A stretch of DNA of 64,000 nt from Escherichia phage vB_EcoM_SP13. The notes under the pieces are model-generated. The model was not told the origin of the DNA. It did not search any database and saw only the letters and a program-made list of their open reading frames with translations. Each line of letters opens with the position of its first letter. Positions within the stretch are counted from its first letter, which is position 1. A program made the translations under genes and the position numbers. Shown here in pieces: positions 1 through 8,001 of the stretch. The stretch lies in the sequence record OP352608, one strand, 5' to 3'.

Positions 1-155
1 TAATTATTTTACGCGAAAGAATAGGCGCGTGCCACACAGCGAGTCCCAACGGCCTTCACCATCCCATACCGACCCAACGCCAGCGGTGATGACACCAGCA
101 GAATTGGCGGCATTGGCCCAGGCGAGTCGTTTCAGCTTCCAACTACACCAACGAT

Positions 156-389
156 TCACAGTTCATCTCCAGATTGCAGAACAAGTCCCGCATAGAGGAT
201 TGCCAAGGCCAAAGGTGCACCACCACCAGCCTCTCTATTCTCTTTGATTTGAAGAGTATCCTTAAGGAATTGCAGCTGAACGTTGAATTCACTTTCAATT
301 CCAAGCACTCTAGCCAATTCTTTTACAGAATCTGCATATGCCTTGTCTAGCACTTCTTTTGGTACTGTTAAGGTTAATTCATTTGCCAT
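156..389 (-). CDS. hypothetical small protein
   Basis: ORF in track; internal ATG at 389 preceded by GGAG; overlaps upstream gene by 11 nt; no recognisable motif. Confidence 0.3.
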   Translation of the reverse strand: MANELTLTVPKEVLDKAYADSVKELARVLGIESEFNVQLQFLKDTLQIKENREAGGGAPLALAILYAGLVLQSGDEL

Positions 390-600
390 TTTCTTTCCAC
401 TCCACAAATGTGTTGCCGCTTGTTTCTCTGTTTAGCAGGTATCTGCCGCGCATCCCATGAAGGCTGAACTCAACCGTCGATGGATTAGATTTTGAAAGCC
501 ATATAGGCTGCCCGTCGAATGGACCGCCTACGCATGTATATTTCGCTTTTGGCTCACTCCTTTTGGGCCGTTTTGCCCGCTCTTTGATTGATAGTCTCAT
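379..600 (-). CDS. hypothetical protein
   Basis: 73-aa ORF, basic N-terminus; ATGA overlap with upstream gene at 600. Confidence 0.3.
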   Translation of the reverse strand: MRLSIKERAKRPKRSEPKAKYTCVGGPFDGQPIWLSKSNPSTVEFSLHGMRGRYLLNRETSGNTFVEWKENGK

Positions 601-815
601 CAGTCTTCACCTTGAGATTCCAGACAAGTAAGGACAAGCCAAGTCATCGGAAGAATCAAAACCAGAGAAATGAGGGACCAGATAGACCAGCACAGGATGA
701 CAGACTTGAATGTGTGAACGTCGCCAAACGCAGCAGTAAAACAGAATCCCATTACAAATGCAATAGCGGTGGAATGGTTGTCTATGGCTTTGATGGCACG
801 GTCGATGAGTTTCAT
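600..815 (-). CDS. small membrane protein (two predicted hydrophobic helices)
   Basis: 71-aa ORF with two long hydrophobic stretches; first gene of a leftward three-gene set. Confidence 0.35.
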   Translation of the reverse strand: MKLIDRAIKAIDNHSTAIAFVMGFCFTAAFGDVHTFKSVILCWSIWSLISLVLILPMTWLVLTCLESQGED

Positions 816-889
816 ATTACCTCCGGTTTTGAGTTAATATGATTATAACGCAGAGTCTCAGAAAGGCAAACTTTTTGTGAATTTTAATC

Positions 890-920
890 AAAAAAAATGG
901 CCAGAAAAAAATCTGGCCGA
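890..920 (-). terminator. stem-loop (GGCCAGA / TCTGGCC) with T-tract on minus strand
   Basis: 7-bp inverted repeat 899-905 / 912-918 flanked by A-run on plus strand (T-run on minus). Confidence 0.3.
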
Positions 921-994
921 AAGATCACCCTTTATCCACTACTAAGCTGGAATCATAATTTTACTTGATATAGCTTGTACAAGCAAACTATAAT

Positions 995-2455
995 ATGAAT
1001 AAAATATTAACACATAATTGGAAATTCATGTACCAGTTGAATCCTGCTTTAAAAGAAGTCTGGAAGACAAAAGCGCGATACAAAGTAATATACGGCGGTC
1101 GTGCATCTTCCAAATCGCACGATGCCGCTGGTTTTGCTATTTATTTGGCGGCAAACTTCAAATTAAAATTCCTTTGCGTTCGACAATTCCAGAACAAAAT
1201 TTCTGAATCTGTATATACTCTATTAAAAGACAAAATAGAGATTTCTGATTTCAAAGATGAGTTCAATTTATTAAAGAACTCTATTGAACATAAAAGAACT
1301 AAATCTGAATTTCTATTTTACGGTATCGCACGTAACGTTGATGAAATTAAATCAACAGAAGGTGTTGACGTCCTTTGGCTGGAAGAAGCGCACGCGCTTA
1401 CTGAAGAACAGTGGGACATTATTGAGCCGACAATCCGTAAAGAAGGGTCCGAAATATGGATCATCTTTAACCCCGATGAAGAGGCCGATTTTGTCTACCA
1501 AAACTTTGTTATGCGACCGCCGAAGAATGCCATTGTTAAAAAGATAAACTGGCAAGACAATCCATTTTTGTCGCAAACGATGCTGGACGTTATTGCAGGC
1601 ATGTACGAGCGCGACCCGAAAAAGGCAGAGCACGTTTATGGCGGCGTGCCGAAGACTGGCGGCGATAAATCTGTAATCAACCGCGCATTCGTTAAGGCCG
1701 CGCTTAATCTCCACAAACACCCTACGCTGGGATGGAGTTTGTCAGGGTCTAACCGTATAGGCTTTGACGTAGCGGACGATGGCGACGACCTTAACGCCAC
1801 TGCATTCGTTACAGGAAACGTATTGCGCGGCATCAAGACATGGGAAGGTCTGGAAGATGAATTGTTAAAATCGGCAAGCGGAGTTTGGAAAGATGCGCTT
1901 ACATTTGGCGCTTCTATAACTTATGACGCCATCGGTGTCGGCGCTTTTGCTGGTTCAAAATTTGATGAACTGAACGAGTATGCAATACATGAAAATCCAT
2001 CATTTCCAAGAATCGAATTTAATGCGTTCAATGCGCAAGGGTCTGTTGATGATCCTGATGACGTTTTTCTTGAATTACCACACGTTGAAATACTCAATAA
2101 AGACCATTTCGCAAACATAAAAGCGCAAAAGTGGACTGAAATTGCAGAGAGATTCAGAAAGACATACGAATATGCAACTGGGCAAGCCGTATATCCGACT
2201 GATGAGTTGATTTCAATCGACACCGATGGCATACCAGAACTTGGAATTCCAGCTTGGACTACTGAAGAGATTGAGACGTTTCTTTTTGAGATGTCAGCGC
2301 CGCGCAAAGATACGTCTGTTCTTGGCAAGTTCAAAGTTGAATCTAAAAAGGATATGGCAAAGCGTGGAGTCAAATCACCTAACAAAGCGGACGCGGCAAT
2401 CATGGCATTAATGAAACCAATCGTTGCAGCATCCGGCTTCTTCTCTAACCTTTAA
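995..2455 (+). CDS. terL: terminase large subunit
   Basis: N-terminal Walker A-like YGGRASSKS after LNPALKE, typical of phage large terminases; 486 aa; sits ahead of portal. Start could instead be ATG 1028 because a TTGATA-N18-TATAAT box abuts ATG 995. Confidence 0.8.
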   Translation: MNKILTHNWKFMYQLNPALKEVWKTKARYKVIYGGRASSKSHDAAGFAIYLAANFKLKFLCVRQFQNKISESVYTLLKDKIEISDFKDEFNLLKNSIEHKRTKSEFLFYGIARNVDEIKSTEGVDVLWLEEAHALTEEQWDIIEPTIRKEGSEIWIIFNPDEEADFVYQNFVMRPPKNAIVKKINWQDNPFLSQTMLDVIAGMYERDPKKAEHVYGGVPKTGGDKSVINRAFVKAALNLHKHPTLGWSLSGSNRIGFDVADDGDDLNATAFVTGNVLRGIKTWEGLEDELLKSASGVWKDALTFGASITYDAIGVGAFAGSKFDELNEYAIHENPSFPRIEFNAFNAQGSVDDPDDVFLELPHVEILNKDHFANIKAQKWTEIAERFRKTYEYATGQAVYPTDELISIDTDGIPELGIPAWTTEEIETFLFEMSAPRKDTSVLGKFKVESKKDMAKRGVKSPNKADAAIMALMKPIVAASGFFSNL

Positions 2456-2458
2456 CAA

Positions 2459-2698
2459 TCAAAGCATTCCGTGCTGAAGGTCTAGTTTTCTTGCAGCAAA
2501 TGACCTGGCACGGAATCGCTTACCCGCCCTTACTGCCTGCCGAATCTTCTTTTGCATACACTTACGGTCAAAATCGTTGCGGTCAACGGCTTCGAGTAAA
2601 TCCCGACGCAAAGCACCTAGTGTCGCCTTTTCGGATAATTCTACGCCCAGCGCGGCTGCAACGTCTTTCAAAACATCGAGTTCGGTTAACGTTCTCAT
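2459..2698 (-). CDS. hypothetical protein (basic, 79 aa)
   Basis: ORF convergent with terL; 4-bp ATGA overlap with upstream minus-strand gene. Confidence 0.4.
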   Translation of the reverse strand: MRTLTELDVLKDVAAALGVELSEKATLGALRRDLLEAVDRNDFDRKCMQKKIRQAVRAGKRFRARSFAARKLDLQHGML

Positions 2699-3111
2699 TT
2701 GATAATCCCCTTGATGTCTGATTCTGCCATAAAGATTGGAGTGCCGCCGCCAGGAACAATCGAGCGCGTTACTTTGTCGAACATATCGTTTTCTTCAACT
2801 TGAATACGATAAAATTTATTCTTGGATGAAGATGGGCACAATTCCATAAATTTACCAATGCCGCGAACGCATTCATCTTCAAAGTATACTGTTTCACCTT
2901 GAATGGATTCGATGTTTTCAACCGGATACACCTTGCGACCTAAAAGCCATTCATCCATGGTCGCCTGCAACACGCTTCTCGCATCCAAAATCCAAGGGTC
3001 AACTGTGGCACCTTCATATCGCGCAGCAGTGGCTTTTGCCAGCTCTTCATATTCGCATACGTTTACTACTTCGCCTTGATGAAGGACGACAAATACAATT
3101 GTTGTGCTCAT
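2695..3111 (-). CDS. hypothetical protein (138 aa)
   Basis: ORF with perfect AAGGAG Shine-Dalgarno 6 nt before ATG at 3111; opposite strand to flanking terL and portal. Confidence 0.5.
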   Translation of the reverse strand: MSTTIVFVVLHQGEVVNVCEYEELAKATAARYEGATVDPWILDARSVLQATMDEWLLGRKVYPVENIESIQGETVYFEDECVRGIGKFMELCPSSSKNKFYRIQVEENDMFDKVTRSIVPGGGTPIFMAESDIKGIIK

Positions 3112-3206
3112 TTCAATCTCCTTTCGTTTGGTTAACTAAAATATAACTCAAAATGATACAAAAGCAAAATATTTTATGAACTATTTATGATTACTATACA
3201 TATCAT

Positions 3207-3235
3207 TTGCTTACAAACACATGAATATTTATAAT
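3207..3235 (+). promoter_or_regulatory. sigma70-like promoter TTGCTT-N17-TATAAT
   Basis: -35 at 3207-3212, -10 at 3230-3235, in AT-rich gap upstream of portal. Confidence 0.45.
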
Positions 3236-3273
3236 ATAGATTGATTCCCTTTCACTGTCAGGTGGCGTTAACA

Positions 3274-5649
3274 ATGAAAATTCTTGGCATAAAACTCTGG
3301 GAGAAGACGCGACCAGAAGCCGAACCAGCGGAGATGCCGCCAGGCGACCCATTGGCACCGTTTGAACGCCTTGAAAGGCGCGGCAGCGGTCAACGCTGGG
3401 AAAAGACTGAAAGCAATCGACCGACCTTTAAAACGGTTGATGACTTCCCTTTATATGAGCCTGATATTAACGGGGACGGTGTTGCAATCATCAAAGGTCG
3501 CTCAGTAGATTCAGCAACCGTATCCAAAAAAGTTATGGATAATGCCTTAAAGAACATCAGTTCAGAAGGGCAGGTGAATCCATACACAGTGCCTATTCAG
3601 TTGCAAAACTGGTACTTATCGCAATCATTTATCGGATATCAAGCTTGCGCCATCATCGCGCAGCACTGGCTAGTGAACAAGGCTTGTTCCATGGTAGGCC
3701 GCGATGCGGTCCGTAAAGGCTGGGAAGTCAAATCCAGTTCTGAGTCGGAATTGTCAGTACAGGCCAGCGAACGCTTAAAGCAAATTGATAAAGAATTTAA
3801 CATCAAAGAGCACTTAGTTGAAGCCGAACGATTCAAGAATATTTTTGGCATCCGCGTCATCATATTTGATGTGCGCAGTGATGACCCAGAATATTATAGC
3901 AAACCTTTTAACATCGATGGTGTGACAAAAGGGTCTTATAAGGGAATCATTCAGGTTGACCCTTATTGGATGATGCCATTCTTGACGTCTGAAAACACTG
4001 CAGACCCTGCGTCACAGCATTTCTATGATCCAGAATACTGGGTGATCAGCGGACAGCGTTATCATCGCAGCCACCTAATCATCTTGCGCAACGATGAGCC
4101 AGCTGATATTCTCAAGCCGACTTATATCTACGGCGGCATTCCTCTGACTCAGCAGATTTATGAACGTATCTATGCCGCTGAACGTACCGCTAACGAAGCG
4201 CCATTGCTGGCGATGTCTAAGCGTACAACCACGCTTCGGACCGACGTTGACAAGGCGATTGCCAATGAGCGGTCGTTTGCCGAACGTCTGATGATGTGGA
4301 TTAAGTACCGCGACAACTATGCAGTCAAAGTGCTTGGTCAGAAAGAAGAGATGGACCAGTTCGACATCAACTTGTCAGACTTCGACAGCATCATCATGAA
4401 CCAGTACCAGCTGGTGGCCGCAATCGCAAAAGTTCCGTCGACAAAACTGTTAGGGACGTCACCTAAAGGCTTTAACGCCACTGGTGAGTTCGAAATGGTC
4501 AGCTATCACGAAGAATTGGAGACTTGTCAACAGCACGATTTGACGAAGATTCTTGACCGCCACTATAAAATCCTTTTGAAGTCTGAAGGCGTGGAAGTCG
4601 ACGTTAAAGTGGCATGGGAGCCAGTTGGTTCACTTACTGCTACTCAGCTTGCAGAGATTAACGACAAACGAGCGAATACTGGCAAGACTCTCATTGATGC
4701 TGGCGTAATCTCCCCTGATGAAGAGCGCGACCGCATCAAGGACGACAAAAACAGCGGCTACAACCGTTTGCCGGAAGATGCAGCAGAAGAAACCCCAGGG
4801 ATGTCTCCAGAGAATATGGCACTGCTTGGCAAGTCTGCTGGTGAAGTTCTGCAAGGCAAGGCCGATATTGAACAGGCCAAAGCTGATGTTGTCAAGATGG
4901 GCGGCCAGTTCTATAGCGAGACTGGTATTATGCCGGAAGGTGCCGCGCGTGGTGAGTTGGCGGAAAACCCTGACAGGGCACCAGTTGAGATTAACATGGA
5001 TGATACCGATGACGAATCAAGCCATCACGTTGATGTCCTAACGCAACTGAAAGAAGGTCTGGAGGGTATTGCTGACTATTACCTTAAAGAAGGTCAGGAC
5101 GTGGATTTTGACCCTCAAAAAGATGCAAGGTCGGTGCAACCGTCTACGCTTCCAAGCGTAAAAGGAAATGTCGTGAACTTGCGACACAATGTAGGGAAGA
5201 TGGATGCTGCATCGCTGCCTAAGATGAAGTTGCACGGGATGATTCTTGGTATTGAGAATCCTCGCAACAGCATTCGCAGGGGTAACAGCCTTGATGGTGA
5301 ATGGGCAGTTAAGATGCCGCACCATTACGGATTTATCAAAGGCACCAAGGGCGCTGATGGTGATGAAGTCGACTGCTTTGTTGGACCAAACATGAAGTCG
5401 CCTAAAGTATTCATCATTAACCAAAATGATAATTATTCTGGCGAATTTGATGAACACAAGTGTATGCTTGGATTTGATTCAGCAGAAGAAGCGAAAGAAG
5501 CTTATCAGGCGTCATTTGGTAACGGTTGGAACGGATTTGACTCAATCCACGAATTGGATGTAAACTCATTCAAGGAGTGGTTGAAGGGTGATTGCTCTCA
5601 AGCATATGGAGCACTCAACAATCCTACTAATTCACCGAAGCAAGGTTGA
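3274..5649 (+). CDS. portal protein (putative) with C-terminal inorganic-pyrophosphatase-like domain
   Basis: Large ORF directly after terL; AGGTGG RBS 8 nt before ATG 3274; C-terminus carries YGFIKGTKGADGDEVDC, which fits the family I PPase signature D-[SGDN]-D-[PE]-[LIVMF]-D-[LIVMGAC]. Confidence 0.55.
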   Translation: MKILGIKLWEKTRPEAEPAEMPPGDPLAPFERLERRGSGQRWEKTESNRPTFKTVDDFPLYEPDINGDGVAIIKGRSVDSATVSKKVMDNALKNISSEGQVNPYTVPIQLQNWYLSQSFIGYQACAIIAQHWLVNKACSMVGRDAVRKGWEVKSSSESELSVQASERLKQIDKEFNIKEHLVEAERFKNIFGIRVIIFDVRSDDPEYYSKPFNIDGVTKGSYKGIIQVDPYWMMPFLTSENTADPASQHFYDPEYWVISGQRYHRSHLIILRNDEPADILKPTYIYGGIPLTQQIYERIYAAERTANEAPLLAMSKRTTTLRTDVDKAIANERSFAERLMMWIKYRDNYAVKVLGQKEEMDQFDINLSDFDSIIMNQYQLVAAIAKVPSTKLLGTSPKGFNATGEFEMVSYHEELETCQQHDLTKILDRHYKILLKSEGVEVDVKVAWEPVGSLTATQLAEINDKRANTGKTLIDAGVISPDEERDRIKDDKNSGYNRLPEDAAEETPGMSPENMALLGKSAGEVLQGKADIEQAKADVVKMGGQFYSETGIMPEGAARGELAENPDRAPVEINMDDTDDESSHHVDVLTQLKEGLEGIADYYLKEGQDVDFDPQKDARSVQPSTLPSVKGNVVNLRHNVGKMDAASLPKMKLHGMILGIENPRNSIRRGNSLDGEWAVKMPHHYGFIKGTKGADGDEVDCFVGPNMKSPKVFIINQNDNYSGEFDEHKCMLGFDSAEEAKEAYQASFGNGWNGFDSIHELDVNSFKEWLKGDCSQAYGALNNPTNSPKQG

Positions 5650-5650
5650 T

Positions 5651-6502
5651 ATGGCTTTTAAAGCTTCGAAAAAACGTGAACGCCGCTCACCCGATAGAAT
5701 CGGGCGCGGCAGTCCGATAATCCCATCCAACGCAATCGCGATGGCCTATCGTCGTGAGATGAAAGGTCTTTGCTATGCGATGATTGACGACTATCAAGAA
5801 GGAATTGCTGAGTGGCTTGAAAAGAAGCAGGTGAAAAAATTCTTTGCGCAAGACTCTGCTGATTCAACTTTTCAAACCTTGATGAAGCGACTGCAACTGA
5901 AATGGGCAAAAGCTTTCGCCCGTGTCGGGTCAAAGATTGCCGCAGATTTCATCAAGTCAGTTGAAAAGGGTGCCACTTCTGCTACATTTGCAAGTCTTAA
6001 ATCTGCAGGAATAGAAGCGCCAAAAGCCACATATAATAAATTCGTTGAGAACACTCTTAAAACAAGCGAGACGTTCAACACGACTTTAGTGACTAAGGTT
6101 GGCGAGGATATTCACAACAGGGTGTACGAAGCGGTGATGCTTTCGCTGACTTCGCCAGACCCAGCGCAACAAGGCACGTCCGGTATTCAGGCGGCATTAA
6201 GGAATGTAAAACACTTCTCTGCAAAGCGCGTAGACCTTATTGCAAAAGACCAAACGAGCAAACTTTATTGCGTATTAAGTGATGAAAGGATGCGACAGAA
6301 TGGAGTCGAGGAATTTGAGTGGGCGCATTCAGGAGCAGGCAAAGAGCCGCGAATATCGCATGAGCATGTCGATGGAATGAGATTCAAGCTTGATGACAAA
6401 CGCTTATGGGAAGTAGGTGGAGAACTTAAGTTCAAAAAGGGTGACATCGGTCCTCCTGGATGGGCGATACACTGCAAGTGCAGGAAAATACCAATTATCT
6501 GA
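5651..6502 (+). CDS. head morphogenesis protein (MuF/SPP1 gp7-like, putative)
   Basis: Position immediately after portal, size about 280 aa; assignment mainly by synteny. Confidence 0.45.
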   Translation: MAFKASKKRERRSPDRIGRGSPIIPSNAIAMAYRREMKGLCYAMIDDYQEGIAEWLEKKQVKKFFAQDSADSTFQTLMKRLQLKWAKAFARVGSKIAADFIKSVEKGATSATFASLKSAGIEAPKATYNKFVENTLKTSETFNTTLVTKVGEDIHNRVYEAVMLSLTSPDPAQQGTSGIQAALRNVKHFSAKRVDLIAKDQTSKLYCVLSDERMRQNGVEEFEWAHSGAGKEPRISHEHVDGMRFKLDDKRLWEVGGELKFKKGDIGPPGWAIHCKCRKIPII

Positions 6503-6509
6503 GGTCATT

Positions 6510-7430
6510 ATGACGATACCAATCAACACATTCCCTCTATCTGGACAAACTCCAGTCTTGCCTGCGGTGTATGCTAATGGCTTGGCAATTGTCTCAGAAT
6601 TCACTTCTGATAAAAACTTGATTGTTCCACTGAGCCCGCCGCTTTCATCAGGGTATAACTCAGTAGGCCAGTTCTTTATGATTGGCAATGATGGCGATTC
6701 GACCAGCAAGCCTAATCTGACATTGTCTGTACCTAAGATGAACATCACCGACGTTCAAACTGGCTTGACTGCATCAACAATCACCATTGCTTTTGGAGAA
6801 GCAGTGATTATAGGAATGGAGTCTGGAGGGTCCAAGAATGCTGTCGCCGTTAAGGTAGTCAAATCCAGCGACAACCAATACACTTTACCAGCTGCGACGG
6901 CTTCCGTTCTCGGCGGCGTCAAAATAGGAAGCGGAATAAGCGTCGCAGGTGACGGTACAATTAGCGTAACTCAATACTCATTGCCGATTGCGTCAGCATC
7001 TACTTTAGGCGGCGTAAAGGTCGGTACAACTCTATCAATTGATGGTTCCGGTGTGCTTAACGCAGCAGCAAGCACCGTCCAGAATGCCACGAACAGTGTT
7101 AGCAATCCTCCAACCACTTTGGTTAATCTGGCAACCTTAAACCTTCCTGCAGGAAAGTGGCTTGTGACGGCAAGCCAATTGACCGTTGCAACTGCAGGCA
7201 TTCAAGCGAATACCGGAATCACTGTAAAATTATCAACAAGCAATTCAGATATTACGGATGATGCATTTACCATGTCAGCGGGTATTCGGGCTTCAGGACG
7301 TTTTGGCGGTAACGTCCCAACAAAAATGATTACTCTTGCCGCGCCTGGTAATGTGTATCTAAACTATCAGTGCACCGATGCGTTAACATCTACCGTTTAC
7401 GGACAGATCACCGCAATTAAGCTGAACTAA
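6510..7430 (+). CDS. structural protein with tandem fibre-like repeats
   Basis: GAGGT RBS; tandem repeat LPAATASVLGGVKIGSGISVAGDGTISV / LPIASASTLGGVKVGTTLSIDGSGVLN resembling phage tail-fibre repeats. Confidence 0.45.
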   Translation: MTIPINTFPLSGQTPVLPAVYANGLAIVSEFTSDKNLIVPLSPPLSSGYNSVGQFFMIGNDGDSTSKPNLTLSVPKMNITDVQTGLTASTITIAFGEAVIIGMESGGSKNAVAVKVVKSSDNQYTLPAATASVLGGVKIGSGISVAGDGTISVTQYSLPIASASTLGGVKVGTTLSIDGSGVLNAAASTVQNATNSVSNPPTTLVNLATLNLPAGKWLVTASQLTVATAGIQANTGITVKLSTSNSDITDDAFTMSAGIRASGRFGGNVPTKMITLAAPGNVYLNYQCTDALTSTVYGQITAIKLN

Positions 7431-7440
7431 AGAGGAAGTT

Positions 7441-7578
7441 ATGCAAAAGATTATTCAGTCACGTTATGTTAAAGTGCGAAATATTAATTGCAACTCTTTG
7501 CTTTCTTGGAAATGGGCTGTTTATGACTCGATGTTGATTGGCGTTTTAGTGGCAGGAGTGCTATTTAATATTCACTGA
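7441..7578 (+). CDS. small hydrophobic protein (45 aa)
   Basis: AGAGGA RBS 5 nt before ATG; C-terminal hydrophobic stretch MLIGVLVAGVLF; below the ORF-track size cutoff. Confidence 0.3.
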   Translation: MQKIIQSRYVKVRNINCNSLLSWKWAVYDSMLIGVLVAGVLFNIH

Positions 7579-7619
7579 ATTCATCGGCAAAGGATTGCCG
7601 CGAGTTTTATACGTATAAT

Positions 7620-7890
7620 GACGTATCATCCGTATCAAGTAAGTTGTTGTTTTCAAAAGAATCTTACGGATGATACGGATGATACGCGTTGCCGCCGTAC
7701 TATATAGGAATTCAAATAAATTAATTTAAAATTATATATCTAATTTAATTTTATTTTTTTATAAACTCTTATATATATGAAAAGTATCCGTATCATCCGT
7801 ATCATCCGTAGCACACCAGTGATAGCGCGGCTTATACACCGATACGGATAAAAATACGCCTCATTTTATCCGTATCATCCGTATCACACT
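7620..7890. repeat. palindromic 9-bp repeat element A (ATCCGTATC / GATACGGAT units around an AT-rich core)
   Basis: Units at 7622-7636, 7665-7686 (inverted), 7786-7810 (three tandem copies), 7841-7850 (inverted), 7867-7886; AT-rich core 7700-7785. Confidence 0.8.
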
Positions 7891-7943
7891 AATAAAGGCG
7901 CGGCTATATCGGTTGTTATACATATTCAAACCATAATTATTGT

Positions 7944-7972
7944 TTGCCTAAGTTTTTTTCATTAGATATAAT
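7944..7972 (+). promoter_or_regulatory. sigma70-like promoter TTGCCT-N17-TATAAT
   Basis: -35 at 7944-7949, -10 at 7967-7972, followed by GAGGGTGG RBS and ATG 8002. Confidence 0.5.
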
Positions 7973-8001
7973 ACACAATACTTATTTGAGGGTGGATGCG
8001 A

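Noticed and set aside
29-247. 72-aa plus-strand ORF at the window start
   Set aside because: Overlaps the better-supported minus-strand gene 156-389, has no RBS, and is Pro/His-rich as in an out-of-frame read.
7620-7890. Possible CRISPR array
   Set aside because: Repeat unit is only 9 bp, occurs in both orientations, and has no regular repeat-spacer periodicity; no cas genes present.
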